DNA of 64,000 nucleotides. It comes from the human T2T-CHM13v2.0 reference genome, Homo sapiens. The notes under the pieces were generated by a model. That model was not told the DNA's origin, did not search any database, and was given only the letters and a program-made list of their open reading frames with translations. The stretch lies in NCBI RefSeq assembly GCF_009914755.1, contig NC_060937.1; one strand, 5' to 3'. The translations under genes and the position numbers were made by a program. Below are positions 1-16,177 of the stretch, one piece after another (within the stretch, counting starts at the first letter, position 1; every line of letters begins with the position of its first letter).

Positions 1-516
1 AATACAGTAGTTATGATTGTGCTCAATAATTTAAAATAAAACATAAAAGAATTTATGCATATAATGAGTAAAAATATGATGAAAAAAGGAAACAACTAAA
101 AACAAACAAACAAACAAAAACAAGAAAGCAATGGTAATCAAGCCAGTGTAGTGTTGGGAAGAGAATAGATAAACAGATCAATGGAACAAAATATAGGGCC
201 CAGAAATAGGCCCACACAAATATAGTGAACTAATCTTTGACAGAGGAACAAAGGCAACATAATGGAGTAAAGACAGACTTGTCAGCAAATGATGCTAGAA
301 CAATTGGACATCCATATGCCAAAACAAACAAACAAACAAACTTCACACATAGACCTTATACCTTTCAGAAAAATTAGCTCGAAATGAATCCCAGACCTAA
401 ATGTAAAATAAAAAACTATTTAACAACAAGATAACATAAAAGAAAATGTAGATAATCTTGAATTTGGCAATGACTTTTTAGATACAACACCAAAGATACG
501 ATGAAAGAAAGAAATT

Positions 517-850
517 GGTCAGGCGTGGTGGCTCACACCTGTAACCCTATTACTGTGAGAGGTCAAGGTGGGAGGATCATTTGAGCCCAGAGGTTCAAGA
601 CTCACCTGGGCAACATAACAAGACCCTGTATCTACAAAAAATACAACAAACACACAAAAAAATAGCCAGGCATTGTGACATGTGACTGTAGTCCCAGCTA
701 CTTGGGAGGCTGAGGGAGAGGACTGCTTGAGCCCAGGAGGTTGAGGCTACAGTGAGCCGTGATTGTGCCATAGCACTCCTGCCTGGGCAACAGTGTGACA
801 CCTGGTATCCAAAAAAAAAAAAAAAAGAAAGAAAGAAAGAAAGAAAGAAT
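517..850 (+). mobile_element. AluJ
   Basis: Dimeric Alu with J-type features (ggaggatcatttgagccc, gaggctacagtgagccgtgattgtgcca), A tail grading into (GAAA)n, TSD ~aaagaaagaatt. Confidence 0.9.
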
Positions 851-1024
851 TCATAAACTGGACTTTGTTAAAGTTAAAAATGCCTGTTCTGTGAAAGACA
901 CACCCAAGAGAATAGAAAAATCAAAGATTGAGAGAAAACACTTGCAAAAGTCATATTTGCTAAAAGACTGTTATCCAAAATATATCAGGAATGCTTAAAA
1001 GGCAGCAATAAGAAGATGAACAAC

Positions 1025-3297
1025 TGATATGGTTTAGCTTTGTGTCCACATCCAAATCTCATGTTGAATTGTAGCTACCATAATTTCCATGTTTTGTGTG
1101 AGGGATCTAGTGGGAGGTAAGTCAATCATGGGGGCAGGTCTTTCCCGTGCTGTTCTCCTCATAGTGCATAAGTCTCATGAGATCTGATGGTTTTATAAAT
1201 GGGATTTTCCCGGCACAAATTCTCTCTTGTCTGCCGCCATGTAAGACATGCCTTTCACCTTCCATCACAATTGTGAGGCCTACCCAACCACCTGGAACTG
1301 TGAGTCCACTAAACCTCTTTTTCTTTATAAATTACCCAGTCTTGGGTATATATTTATCAGCAGTGTGAAAACAGACTAATACAGTAAATTGATATTGAAA
1401 GGGCAGTGCTATAAAGATATCCAAAAATGTGGAAGCAACTTTGGAATTGGGTAACAGGCAGGGATTGGAAGAGTTTGGAGGGTTGAGAAAAAGGCAGGAA
1501 AATGTGACAAAGTTTGGAACTTCCTAGAGAGTTGTTGAATGGCTTTGACCAAAATGCTGATAGTGATATTGACAATGAAGTCCAGGCTGAGGTGGTCTCA
1601 GATGGAGATGAGAAACTTGTTGAGAACTGGAGTAAACGTGACTCTTGCTATGTTTTAGCAAACAGCTGGTGGCATTTTGCCCCTGCCCTAGAGATTTGTG
1701 GAACTTTGAACTTGAGGGAGATGATTTAGGGTACCTGGAAGAAGAAATTAAGCAGGAAAGCATTCAAGAGGTGACTTGGTTGCTGTTAAAGATTCAGTTT
1801 TAAAAGGGAAACAGAGCACAAAAGTTCAAAAAATTTGCACCCTGATGATGCAATAGAAAAGAAAAATCCATTTTCTGAGAAGAAATTCAAGCCTGCTGCA
1901 GAAATTTGCATAAGTAATGAGGAGCCAAATGTTAATCGCCAAGGCAATAGAATAACTGTCTCCTGGGCGTGTCAGAGACTTTGTGGCAGCCCCTCCCATC
2001 ACATGCCTGGAGGCCTAAGAGGAAAAAGCCATTTCCTGGGCTGGGTACCCTGCTGTAGGCAGCCTAGGGATTTAGTACCCTGTTTCCCAGTCACTTCAGC
2101 TATGGCTAAAAGGACCAAGGCACAGTTTGGGCTATGGCTTCAGATGGTGCAAGCCCCAAGCTCTAGCAGCTTCCACATGGTGTTGAGCCTGCAGGTGCAC
2201 AGAAGTAAAAAATTGAGGTTTGGGAACCTCAACTTAGATTACAGAGGATGTATGCAAATGCCTGGATGTCCAGGCAGAATTTGCTACAGGGGCAGGGCCT
2301 TTATAGAAAACCTCTGCTGGGGTAGTGGAGAAGGGAAATGTGGGGTTGAATCCGCCACACAGAGTCCCCACTGGTGCACTGCCTAGTAGAGCTGTGAGAA
2401 AAAGGCCACCATCCTCCAGACACCAGAATGGTAGATCCACTGACAGCTTGCACAATGCACCTAGAAAAGCTGCAGACACACTCAATGCCAGCCCAGGAAA
2501 GCAGTCAGGAGAGGCGATGTATCCTGCAAAGCCACAGGGATGGAGCTTCCCAAGACCATGGGAACCCACCTCTTGCATCAGCATGACCTGGATGTGAAAC
2601 ATGATGTCAAAGGAGATCCTTTTGGAGCTTTAGGAAATGACTACCCCACTGGGTTTTGGATTTGCATGGGGCCCACAGCCCCTTTGTTTTGGCCAATTTC
2701 TCCCATTCGGAATGGATATATTTACCCGATGCCTGTACCTTCATTGTGTCTGAGAAGTAACTAACTTGCTTTTTACTTTACAGGCTCATAGGTGGAAGGG
2801 ACTTGCCTTGTCTCAGATGAGACCTTGGATATGGACTTTTGAGTTAATGCTGAAATGAGTTAAGACTTGGGGGGACTGTTGGGAAGGCATGTATGGTTTT
2901 GAAATGTGAGGACATGAGATTTGGGAGGGGCCAGCGGTGGAATGATATGGTTTGGTTCTGCGTCCTCACGGAAATCTCATCTTGAATTCTGTCTTCCATA
3001 ATTCCCACAAGTTGTGGGAGGAACTCCGTGGGAGGTAATTGCATCATGGTGGCAGGTCTTTCCCATGCTGTTCTGGTGGTAGTAAGTCTCATGAAATCTG
3101 ATGCTTTTATAGATGCCAGCTTCGTTGCACAAATTCTCTCTTTTCTGCCATCATGTAAGACATGTCTTTCACCTTCCACCATAATTGTGAGGCCACCCCA
3201 GCCATGTGGAATTGTGAGTCTATTAAACCTCTTTTTCTTTTTAAATTACCCAGTCTAGGGTATGTCTTTATTAGCAGTGTGAAAATGGACTAATACA
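1025..3297 (+). mobile_element. Full-length THE1 (MaLR; THE1B/C-like): 5' LTR 1025-1383, internal 1384-2942, 3' LTR 2943-3297
   Basis: Both LTRs start tgatatggttt and end gactaataca. Exact 5-bp TSD acaac at 1020-1024 and 3298-3302. Purine-rich tract (gggaggggccagcggtggaa) precedes the 3' LTR. Confidence 0.96.
1426..2765 (+). pseudogene. Decayed MaLR internal ORF remnant
   Basis: Frame fragments MELPRELLNGFDQNADSDIDNEVQAEVVSDGDE, PDDAIEKKNPFS and KGNVGLNPPHRVPTGALPS resemble the THE1 internal ORF; broken by frameshifts and stops. Confidence 0.75.
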
Positions 3298-4289
3298 ACA
3301 ACTCACTTTAAAAATGGTCCAAGCACTTATACCTCACCAAAAAAGACACATGGATGGGAAATAAACATATGAAAAGATCTTCCAATTCACATGTCATCAG
3401 GGAAATGGAAATTAAAATGACAATCAGATAGCAGTACACAGCCATTAGATTGGCCAGAATCCAGGACACTGACAGCACTAAATACTTTCAAGGATGTGGA
3501 GCAACAGGAACTCTTATTCATTGCTGGTGAGAATCCCAATGAGAATCCAAAATGGCAGTCACTTGGATGACGGTTTGCCAGTTTCTTACAAAACTAAACA
3601 TATTCTTATCACACGATTCAAAAATTATGCTCCTTGTTATTTACCCAGAAGAGGTGAAAGCTTATATCACCACAAAAACTTGGGTATAGTTGTTTATAGC
3701 AGTATTATTCATAATTACCAAAACATAATATGATGTAATCCTTTAGTAGGTGATTGAATAAACTCTGGTACTTTCAGGTAATGGAATATTACCCAGTGCT
3801 AAAAGGAAATGAGTTATCAAGCCATGAAAAGACATGAAGGAAACATAAATGCATACAACTAAATGAAAGACGCCAATCTGAAAACACTACATGCAGTATA
3901 ATTTCAACTATACATTTTGGAAAAGGGAAAACTATGGAGAAAGTAAATAGATCAGTGGTTGCTAGGGCTAAGAAGGCAGGGAAAGATACACAGGCAGTGA
4001 AACTACTCTGTATGATACTATTATGGTAGACAGATGGCATGATACATTTGTCCAAACCCAAGGATCATACAACACCCAAGATGACCCTAATGTAAACTAT
4101 GGACTCTGGGTAATGATGTATCAATGCACATTCATCAGTTTTAACAAATGTACTGCTGTGGAGTGGAAAGTTGATAATGTGGGCAGCTATGCATGTGGGG
4201 GAATGAGGGTAGAGGGGAAATCTGTACTTTCCTTTTCAATTTTGCTAAGAACTTAAATTTACTTCAAAAAGTGAATCTATTTAAGAAAA

Positions 4290-6815
4290 TAAACAAAATT
4301 AAAATTCTAGAAATAAAAAATAAATTAGAAATAAAAAAGTTCATAGAATATTTAATAGATTATTGGACATTAAAGATGAAAAATCAGTGACAATGACAAC
4401 ACTTTAAAGAGAAATTATCTAAACCAAAGCACATTTAGATAAAGTAATAAAAAAAATTCACTGTCTTTAGTGACCAGATTAATTATATTAAACAGTATAA
4501 CATATATTTCATTAAAATCTCACAAGTAGAGAATATTGACAATAAATTAACTTAACATGAATTAATCATGGGTGTAGTTTTGTCAGTTTGATGAAAATAT
4601 TAGTCAATATAATCAAAAAGCTTAAAAAACACCAACCAGTATAAACAGAAGACCACCACTGTAGGCACACTATAATTAAGTCGATAAAAATGGAATTTAA
4701 AAAGGAAAACAAAAAACAATGGGCAGAGGAAAAGATTTAATTCGGGCATCTAAAAAAAAAATGACTGCAGACTTCTGATGAGGAACAGTGCCAGCCAAAA
4801 ATAAATACATAAATAAATAAATAAAAAATAAATAAATAAATGCAACATGTTTAGTGAGGCAAAATATAAAAGTAAACACATGTAACATATAAATATAAGG
4901 TCAGGGAAAATATTTTAAAATGAGTAGCAAATAAAATCACAGCCTGATATATAAAACCTATGAGGATAAATGAATAAAACTTCAAATTGAAAGGAAATAA
5001 TGCTCAGTGGAAAAAATAGTATGCATGACCTCATGAAGAATGATAAAAATGGCAAATGTAAAGCAAAATTAATAACTGAAAATATAATACAAAAGTATGT
5101 CATTAAAATTTCAATTGAAACAACAAAGTGGATTAATAAAAACAATTATTTGTATTAATAGGCAGAGAATGAGTAAGAGAACCGAAAGAACCAATGGTGC
5201 AAATAGGAAACATAAAACTATGTGAAGATAGAATCTAATATTTCAAATATTAAATTAATTTTGAATGGACAAAATACCTCAATTAAAATTTGGGAACTGT
5301 CAGACTAAAAAATAAAATAAGTCACACATCTAATATAGTGTAAAGTAAGCATTCACTTTAAAGAAACAGATATGCTAAGTAAATATTATGAAGCCAAAAT
5401 TGCAATTAGTAAACAAAATTGCAATTAGTAAACACTCTTTCAAGTGTATGTGTAACATTCATCAAGATGCCCAATTACAAAGCAATTCTCAAGAGATTTC
5501 ACAATATGGAAATCATTTATAGAATATTTTCTAACCAAGGCTGAATTAAATTAGAAATCAAAAACAAGACAAAACAAGATCTAAAATATCTACAAATACT
5601 TGGAAAAACCAATAATTCTACCTCTAAATAAAACATGTCAAAAATTTTTAATTGAAAAATAAAATATTTGAACTGAATAATAATACAAAGGTGACATATG
5701 AATTGTCACAATGCAGTTAAAGTATTTATAATGCTTATAGTAAAAATTGTAAATATTTATCATTGAAAACCAATGATCAAATATAATGCCTTAATTAAGT
5801 AGTCAGAAAAATTGAAGCAAATTAAACTTAAAGAAAATTGAAAAAATAAAATAATAATGATAAGAATAGAAATTAAGTACTAACAGCAGAAAAGCAAAAT
5901 AAAAAAGTAAAAGAAACAAGTTGGCATTTTTTTAAAGTCCAAATAGTTATTAAACTTCAAGCTAATCTAATCAAGACATAGAGAAAGCAAAAATCACAAA
6001 TCTTTGAGAATGAAACATGAGACATTACTTTAGATCTTATACATTTAAAAAAATGAAATGTATGTTATTAACAATTTTATAGATGTAAATCTGACAATTT
6101 AATGAAATGGCCAAATCCCTTGAAAGATGCAAATTACCAAAATTAACAAATACGTTGTAGAAAATCTAAATAGACCTATATCTCTTAAAGAAATTGAATT
6201 TGTAATCCAAAACATAAATATCCAAGTAGTATTTTGGATACTTTTATGGGAATTATATCAGTCTTTTACAGTAGCTTTTACAAGAAAGAGGAAGAAGAAA
6301 AAATTACTTCATTTTGTGAGTACTTGGTAACCCTGATTACAAATTAGACAAGGAAATTGGAAGTAAAGTTTATAGACAAATTTTTTTTATAAACATTGAT
6401 GCAAAAACACTTGAGAAAATATTGGCAAACTGAATCCATCAAATAATAATACTATAATAACATATCTTGCACAAGTATACTTGATGTGAGAATGGCAAGG
6501 TTAGTTTAACATTTGAAAAATCAATTAATTTAATTCACTACATTAATTATAAAAAGCAGAAAAATAATGTAACTTTTGCATCTGATGTAGGTACCATTCA
6601 TGATATAAGAAATAAAAGAAATTCAGAAAATTGAGATAGAAAATTTTCCCTTTTGAGAAAGAGAATTTATGAAAAATAGATAATGTCAAACAATAGTAAT
6701 GAAAAAGTTTTTTAATGTTGAATCACAGTAAGAATGTCTTTCACCACTATTTACATTCAATATTATACTGGAGTTCAGATCTAACACAGGAAATCTAGAA
6801 AATTACACAAAATTC
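4290..6815 (+). mobile_element. Highly diverged older L1 (ORF1/ORF2 remnants); probably continuous with 1-130
   Basis: A-rich L1-like motifs: aattaaattagaaatcaaaaac, tagaaaatctaaatagacctatatctcttaaagaaattgaattt, attgatgcaaaaacacttgagaaaatattggcaaactgaatcc. Confidence 0.7.
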
Positions 6816-9493
<2,678 letters not shown>

Positions 9494-9850
9494 TGAGGCA
9501 GGAAAGTAGGGTCCGGAGGCAGGGAACATAAGGCCAATTCACACTTCAGCTATGACAGGAAACATCCTCTCCATAGGGCGTACGCTGAGTAAATGACTTT
9601 GTAATTTAACTTCATCCTCTTCCTTTACATAGGGTATACACCAAGTAACCAATGGGATCCTTTAGAGGGTATTTATCTCCCAAAAGTTCTGTAATGGGGC
9701 CCTTGAGCCCCTGTGCTCAGGCCCACTCCCACACTGTGGAGTGTACTTTCATTTTCAATAAATTTCTTAATTATTTCCTTGCTTTGTTTGTGCATTTTGT
9801 CCAATTCTTTGTTCAAGATGCCGAGAACCTGGACACCCTCAACCAATAAC
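9494..9850 (+). mobile_element. ERV1 3' LTR (MER61-like)
   Basis: Starts tgaggcaggaaagtagggtccggaggcagggaacataaggcc; AATAAA at ~9757; typical end gttcaagatgccgagaacctggacaccctc...taac. Confidence 0.75.
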
Positions 9851-11289
9851 CACATCACTCCAGCTCTCCAGCCCTTTTTCTCAGGGAGATGTTTTCAATA
9901 TCCCCTTTATCCCAATAGTTTTCAATAGTCTTTTTTGTCTGTTTAACTTTTATAAAGTAAAATTTTTACTTTAGCAACCGCTTATATTCCTTGCATTCTT
10001 CCAGAGAGTTGTACTTCCCCTGATTTGCTTTTATGCTCAGAAAGGGCTAGCTTGCTTTCATCAGGTATAGGGAAATTTCTTAAGCAGTGTTGCTTAAAAC
10101 AAATATAGATGTCCTTACAGAGAGGGTGTGACAAATTGGTTTGGGCTAGTCAGCTACAGAAGAGGCACATTATTTTAAGGGAGTCAAAATTTGTCTTAGA
10201 ATAAGCAATTCTTAAATGACAGTCTCATTTTCATTCATACCGTATGCTATCTTCTCGTTCAAGATGCCGACAGGTTCTGTTTGAGGAATTGTATAAACAG
10301 GTGTGCCTGACAGTTAATAAGGCTGTATCCACAAGCTGCATGTACTGCTTATTTCTTTATGGGCACAGCTTCATAGTCATTGGCGTCCTAGTGACCCATG
10401 TTGCAAGACGCATCCTTCCTTCTTAAATAATACTGCATTATCTACCCAGGCAGTTGGAGACTGACTGCTTCATTAGCAAGTCAATGTGCTTCCACCCTTC
10501 CTACTGATGCTATGATGTTTCTATCAATGCACATTATTCTCTTATTGGAACTGACATTTGCTGCTTAAATGTTCTAAACTATAATATTACCAGTTAAGTC
10601 AACAAGTATCCTTAGAAAGCATGTACATTTGAAAATGTATGTATTTTTATTCATCTTTTCCTTCTTAAAGAACTCCAAATTTGCAAATCAAGCATACCAA
10701 AGAGCAAACTTTCTAAATGATTTAATTATTCCATCTGCTTTGAAGAAACAGAAAGAGACAATGCCTCAGATAATCGACATTCAGTTATTTAGAAATACAC
10801 AGGCTGGATTCATCACTTTGAATTGTTCTTCACATCTAATAATTTTTAATGTAAAATTGTTGTATTTTATTTGGTCTTCATGCTTTTAAGCTTCTTCAAA
10901 AGTGTGACTTAATTACATCAGAAAAACTATTATAAGAAAGGTTAACTATTTTCAGATTTTAAGGAAAATTAATATTTTCTCTTACTTTTTATGGTATTTT
11001 CTCTTTTTAAGTGTTCTTTCTCTGTTTAACTTATGTCTGCCACTTAACTTCTCAATAGTGATCAGATTATTACATTCACTCATAAGGCAGCCAGATACAC
11101 TTAAAGTATTAAAAATTAACATTCTAATGTAATTATTTTAAAACAATGTTTTTCTTTCTGATGTTTTGTGATAAATTTTCAGTAGCTGGGTAAATTTAAA
11201 AGATGGTTAGTAATACCTTGTCTAGCTATTTGTAAGGTCCAAACGAATTAACAAGTCTTCATTCTGGACACTCATATAAAGAAAGGATG

Positions 11290-12250
<961 letters not shown>

Positions 12251-12770
12251 GACAGAGCTAGGACCTTCTGTGAGGGGCCTGACAAGTCCCCTCATGCATG
12301 GAAATAAAGGAAAATCTTCTGTGTTTCTTCAAGAGAAATTACAGGTGCCTACCTATCCCTGAGAAGTAGATAAGCAACTTGATAAGCAAGAAGGGCAGTA
12401 GTAGCCTAAAATAATAGCCAAGGAAGCTGGAATCATGGGATGTTTTGTTCCCCTTGAAACTGAAGATAGAATCTCTGAGTTGTTTTTCAGAAACAGACCT
12501 TCACCAAACAGATCTGCTGGTAGGCAAACCTCACATAAGGAGAAACTGAGACTGAATTATGACCACCATACTTTTTTTCTAATTTTCCTGAGGTGCTTGA
12601 AGAAAGTCACACCCATGAGCCGGGGCTAACATTCTTTTCTGCTGAACCCAAAATTTTAAACAAAGCTATTCTTCCTTAACCAATTGCAAATCAGAAAATC
12701 CTTGAAACTACCTATGACCTACTTGTTAAGTCCTTGGTTCAAGATATCCTATACTTTTAGGCCAAAATCA
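12251..12770 (+). mobile_element. Truncated ERV1 LTR (MER34/MER39-like)
   Basis: ctgagaagtagataagcaacttgataagcaagaagg...ccttaaccaattgcaaatcagaaaatc resembles the MER39 family as I recall it; cut at the junction with a minus-strand L1. Confidence 0.6.
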
Positions 12771-12774
12771 TTTT

Positions 12775-14835
12775 GTTTCTGTTTAAACAATTCCCTTTAG
12801 GAATTTCTGAAAGGTAGGCCTGATGGCGCTTGACTTCTTTAGCTTTTGTTTGTCTAGGAAGTTTCTGTTTCTCTGTTATTTCTAAAGGACATTGCTGAGT
12901 AAACTATTCTTTGATGGAAGTATTTTTTCTGAACTACTTGGAATATAATATCTCATTCTCTTCTAGCCTGTAGGGTTTCTGCTGAGAAATATGATGAAAT
13001 CTGTATTGAGGCTCCCTTGAATGTAATATGTTTCTTATATCTTGCTGCTTTCAGTATTTTTTTCTTATCTTTGATTTTTGATAATTTGATCATAATTTGT
13101 CTCCTCTTCAGGTTGAATTTAATTGGCAACCTGAATGCTTCCTATACCTAGATGTTGCTGTTTTTTCCAGACATTGAAAATTTTCTGCTATTATTTCTTC
13201 AGGCTTTCTACATCTTTCCCCTCCTCTTCTTTCTTTAATCCCTATTATGCAAAAGTTAGTTCATTTCATATTGTTTCATAATTCCCATAAGCTTTCTGTA
13301 TTCTTTTTCATTTGCTTTTTCCTCCTCTGAATAATTTTCAATATGCTATCTTCAAGCACAATTATTCTTTCTTTTGCTTGGTTAAGTCTGCTGTTGAAAC
13401 CTCCTATTACATTTTTCAGTTCTGTTATTTATTCTTATCTCTAAAATGTCTACTTTTTTTATTGTTTTGATTTTTTTGTCAATATTCTCATTTTGCTCAT
13501 AAATTGTTTTTCTTTTTTTTTTTTTTTTGGAAATTTCATGGAGTTTCCAGAACTTCCTTAAGAGGATAATTCTGTATTCTTTGATAGCCATTTCATAGAT
13601 CTGCATTTCCTCTAAGTCCATTTTTGGAGCTTCATTAGTTTCTTTTAGTGGTGTCCTATTTTCCTAGAATTTCATAATTTTAGTACCCTTACAGTTGTGT
13701 CTGAACACTTCAGGAGATGGCCACATTTTCCAGCCCTTGCAGGTGATCTTTGGTAGTGATAGACCTTTACTATTTAGTCTAGCCCAGGATTCTGAGTGGG
13801 CTGGCTAGTAGGAGCCACAAACAGGCAGTTCTTGGTACCAGGTTCTATAGCTGGGATAGATAACTTCCTATGCACTGCAGTCATATGGTACTGCTGGCTG
13901 TGCTCCATTGTCCAATGAGACCACTGGTTAAACTCTGTCATCAGGTTGAGCTTCTGGCTGAGCTCTGAAATTGTCTCTGATAAGGCAGAATTGCAGAGTT
14001 GTCTTCCCTGGCTGAACAATACTGTTGTAGGGTAGGGCCATGTGCTGAGCTCTGAGTCTGGGAGAAGTCTCTGGAGTTGCTGCTTAGTCACATGATAAGG
14101 GCAGGGGCAGAGCTTATGCTTGACATATATGCATGAAGTTGGGCTTGCTTCAAGGATGAGGGTAGGCTTAAGCAGAGCACTGAGGTTTGGTGGAGTGGCT
14201 GCTCAGATACTAGGGTTAGATGGGTAATTGTGGACTTAGAGTTGCCTCCTAGCCTGGGGAAAACTTAAAGAGGACACCAGGGCTATGACAGGAAGCTGGC
14301 TAGGGAATTGAGCCAGGTAGACTTGTGGACCGTGCTTTCTGCAGTACAGTGCTATTAGCTAATCTCTCAGGTATGACACCTCTGTTTTTCAGAATGCAAA
14401 GGAAGAGCAAAGATCTGCCTTCTAGTTGTTGTGAGCCCCACCTACGTTGTTTGTCTATAACAGACCCAGGTGGTCTAGCTCTTCTGGTTCTTTCAGCGTT
14501 TCCCATGAGATGAGACAGGAGTGAGCCTCCTGTGAAGAGTCCTAGAAAACTGGAGAAGCGGAATGACTATCTCCAACTAACTTTTGCCACTGTAGAAACT
14601 GTAGGTACAGGAAAATCCTCTGTGTGTGCTGCTACTGTTACTCTTTGCCTTCAAATGTAGCTTTTTTCAGTTCTGTAGTCTAAGAACTCCAAGTCCACGT
14701 GAGGGTCTTAGCCTCATTCTCAAGTTCTGGGATATTCACAAAGGTATTTTCGCCTGTGTATAGTTACCAGTTGGATTTCTATGGAAGGGAGTAGGACTGG
14801 AGGAGACTCCTATTTTGCCATCTTGCTAATGTCAT
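12775..14835 (-). mobile_element. Old L1 5' portion (5'UTR + ORF1)
   Basis: Minus-strand ORF1-like peptide (DLEEMQIYEMAIKEYRIILLRK...). L1 5' terminus motif reads tgacattagcaagatggcaaaataggag on the minus strand at ~14835. Confidence 0.8.
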
Positions 14836-15404
14836 TTCTGTTATGTTTTGATGTTACTAATGAGCATTCTTTCATTTCACTTGAACAATTTTTTTTTAAG
14901 ACAGGTCTACTGGGGATAATTTTTTTCTTCCTGATATCATTAAATTTTTTTCTTCCTGAAATTATCTTTCAATTCTCGTTCCTCAGTGATCCTTAATGTT
15001 CATTTATGTGCTTTTTTCCTGGTATTGTCCTTTTAAAGTCTGGTAATACAAGAATGTTTGTTAATTTATTTGGAACAAAAAACAAATCAATTGATTAACT
15101 TTGCAGAAATGTATTTCCTGTGCTTTTATCAGCTTTTCCCATGCAAGAAAGAAGTAGTTGTCTTAAATTGGCAGAGAGAAATAATTGATGTTTACTTTTA
15201 GGATATGGCTAAGAAACTGGCAAACAAATTGTTATTCACTCAATGCAGAAAAGAGAAAGGCTTATTCTAGGGAAACTCAGTCTTAAAAGTCAACCCCGGT
15301 CTTTCTGACAAGCTACCAATTCCAAAAATTTTATTCTCCAATTTGAAGGAAAATTATTGCCTACTCTACTAACAATTAATTTGATGACTGTTTTATAAGT
15401 TTAA

Positions 15405-15900
15405 TGCTTCACTAATTCAACATATTTTTATTGACTTTCTTGTATGTATATTTATTGACCAGCACTATGCTAGTACTTCTGAAAATATATTATTGAAGAA
15501 ATCGTACATAAACTGAAGCTTCACAGTGCTTAAGTTGGATGAGGCTCAAAAAAGTAAATAAGTCATAGCAATAAAATGTAGTAAGTTATTCAGGAGATAA
15601 AGTACAAAATACTATAGAAGCAACAGGAAGGGCATCTGCTTCCAATATGGGGAATAAGGTTGTAGAAAGCTGAGATAAGATAATCAGTTATTGACAGGAC
15701 AAAGTGGGTGGGTTGAGAGAGGAATATTAGTATTTAACAGAAAAGAAACCACATACACTTATAAGGAACTTACCATAGTTAAGTACAGATGGTAAGAATA
15801 AAATCAGAAAGCAGTGTGGGGAAAAGCTAGACTTAGTGATTAAAAGGTGAGAATATAATAACAGTGAATTCAAGGTATTAATTGATGAGTTAGTGATGGG
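15405..15900 (-). mobile_element. L2 3' fragment
   Basis: ttcactaattcaacatatttttattga...cagcactatgctagtact resembles the reverse complement of the L2 tail. Confidence 0.55.
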
Positions 15901-16177
15901 AAGGAAAGAAACTCATTGGAATTAGATAATATCTCAAAGTAAACAAATTATCCTAGGCCTCTGTAAGCCTCTTTATTCTGATTGATGAGCTACACATTCT
16001 GGACTTAGAAGTTACATACACATTAAAAGTTAAACACTTATCGAAATGTAATGGGGAATCACATTGTGTATTCCCTAAAAAGAGAAAGAAAAAGTGTCTA
16101 GGGATATCACATTATTTAGTCAATTGAATTAGAGACGCTAAAAGTCAATTTCTGCTGTATAAGCAGACATGTTTTAC

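Larger units (their letters stand above)
135..4290 (+). mobile_element. Old L1 3' portion (ORF2 end + 3'UTR, L1MC/L1MD-like), interrupted by an AluJ and a full THE1 element
   Basis: L1 ORF2-like text (gatcaatggaacaaaata...; atgatgctagaacaattggacatccatatgc) resumes after each insertion. L1MC-type 3'UTR motif ccctaatgtaaactatggactctgggtaatgatg at ~4085, then an A-rich end. Boundaries approximate. Confidence 0.8.

Noticed and set aside
1278-1292. PRDM9 hotspot 13-mer (CCTCCCTNNCCAC) in THE1 LTRs
   Set aside because: The sites read cctacccaaccac (5' LTR), ccaccccagccat (3' LTR) and cctccccagccat (~47521); none matches CCNCCNTNNCCNC.
1835-2386. Longest ORF (183 aa) as a host gene
   Set aside because: It lies inside the THE1 internal region and drifts between frames of the decayed MaLR ORF; no splice or promoter context.
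9570-9645. p53 response element known from some MER61 subfamilies
   Set aside because: Local sequences agggcgtacgc and agggtatacac lack the RRRCWWGYYY core.
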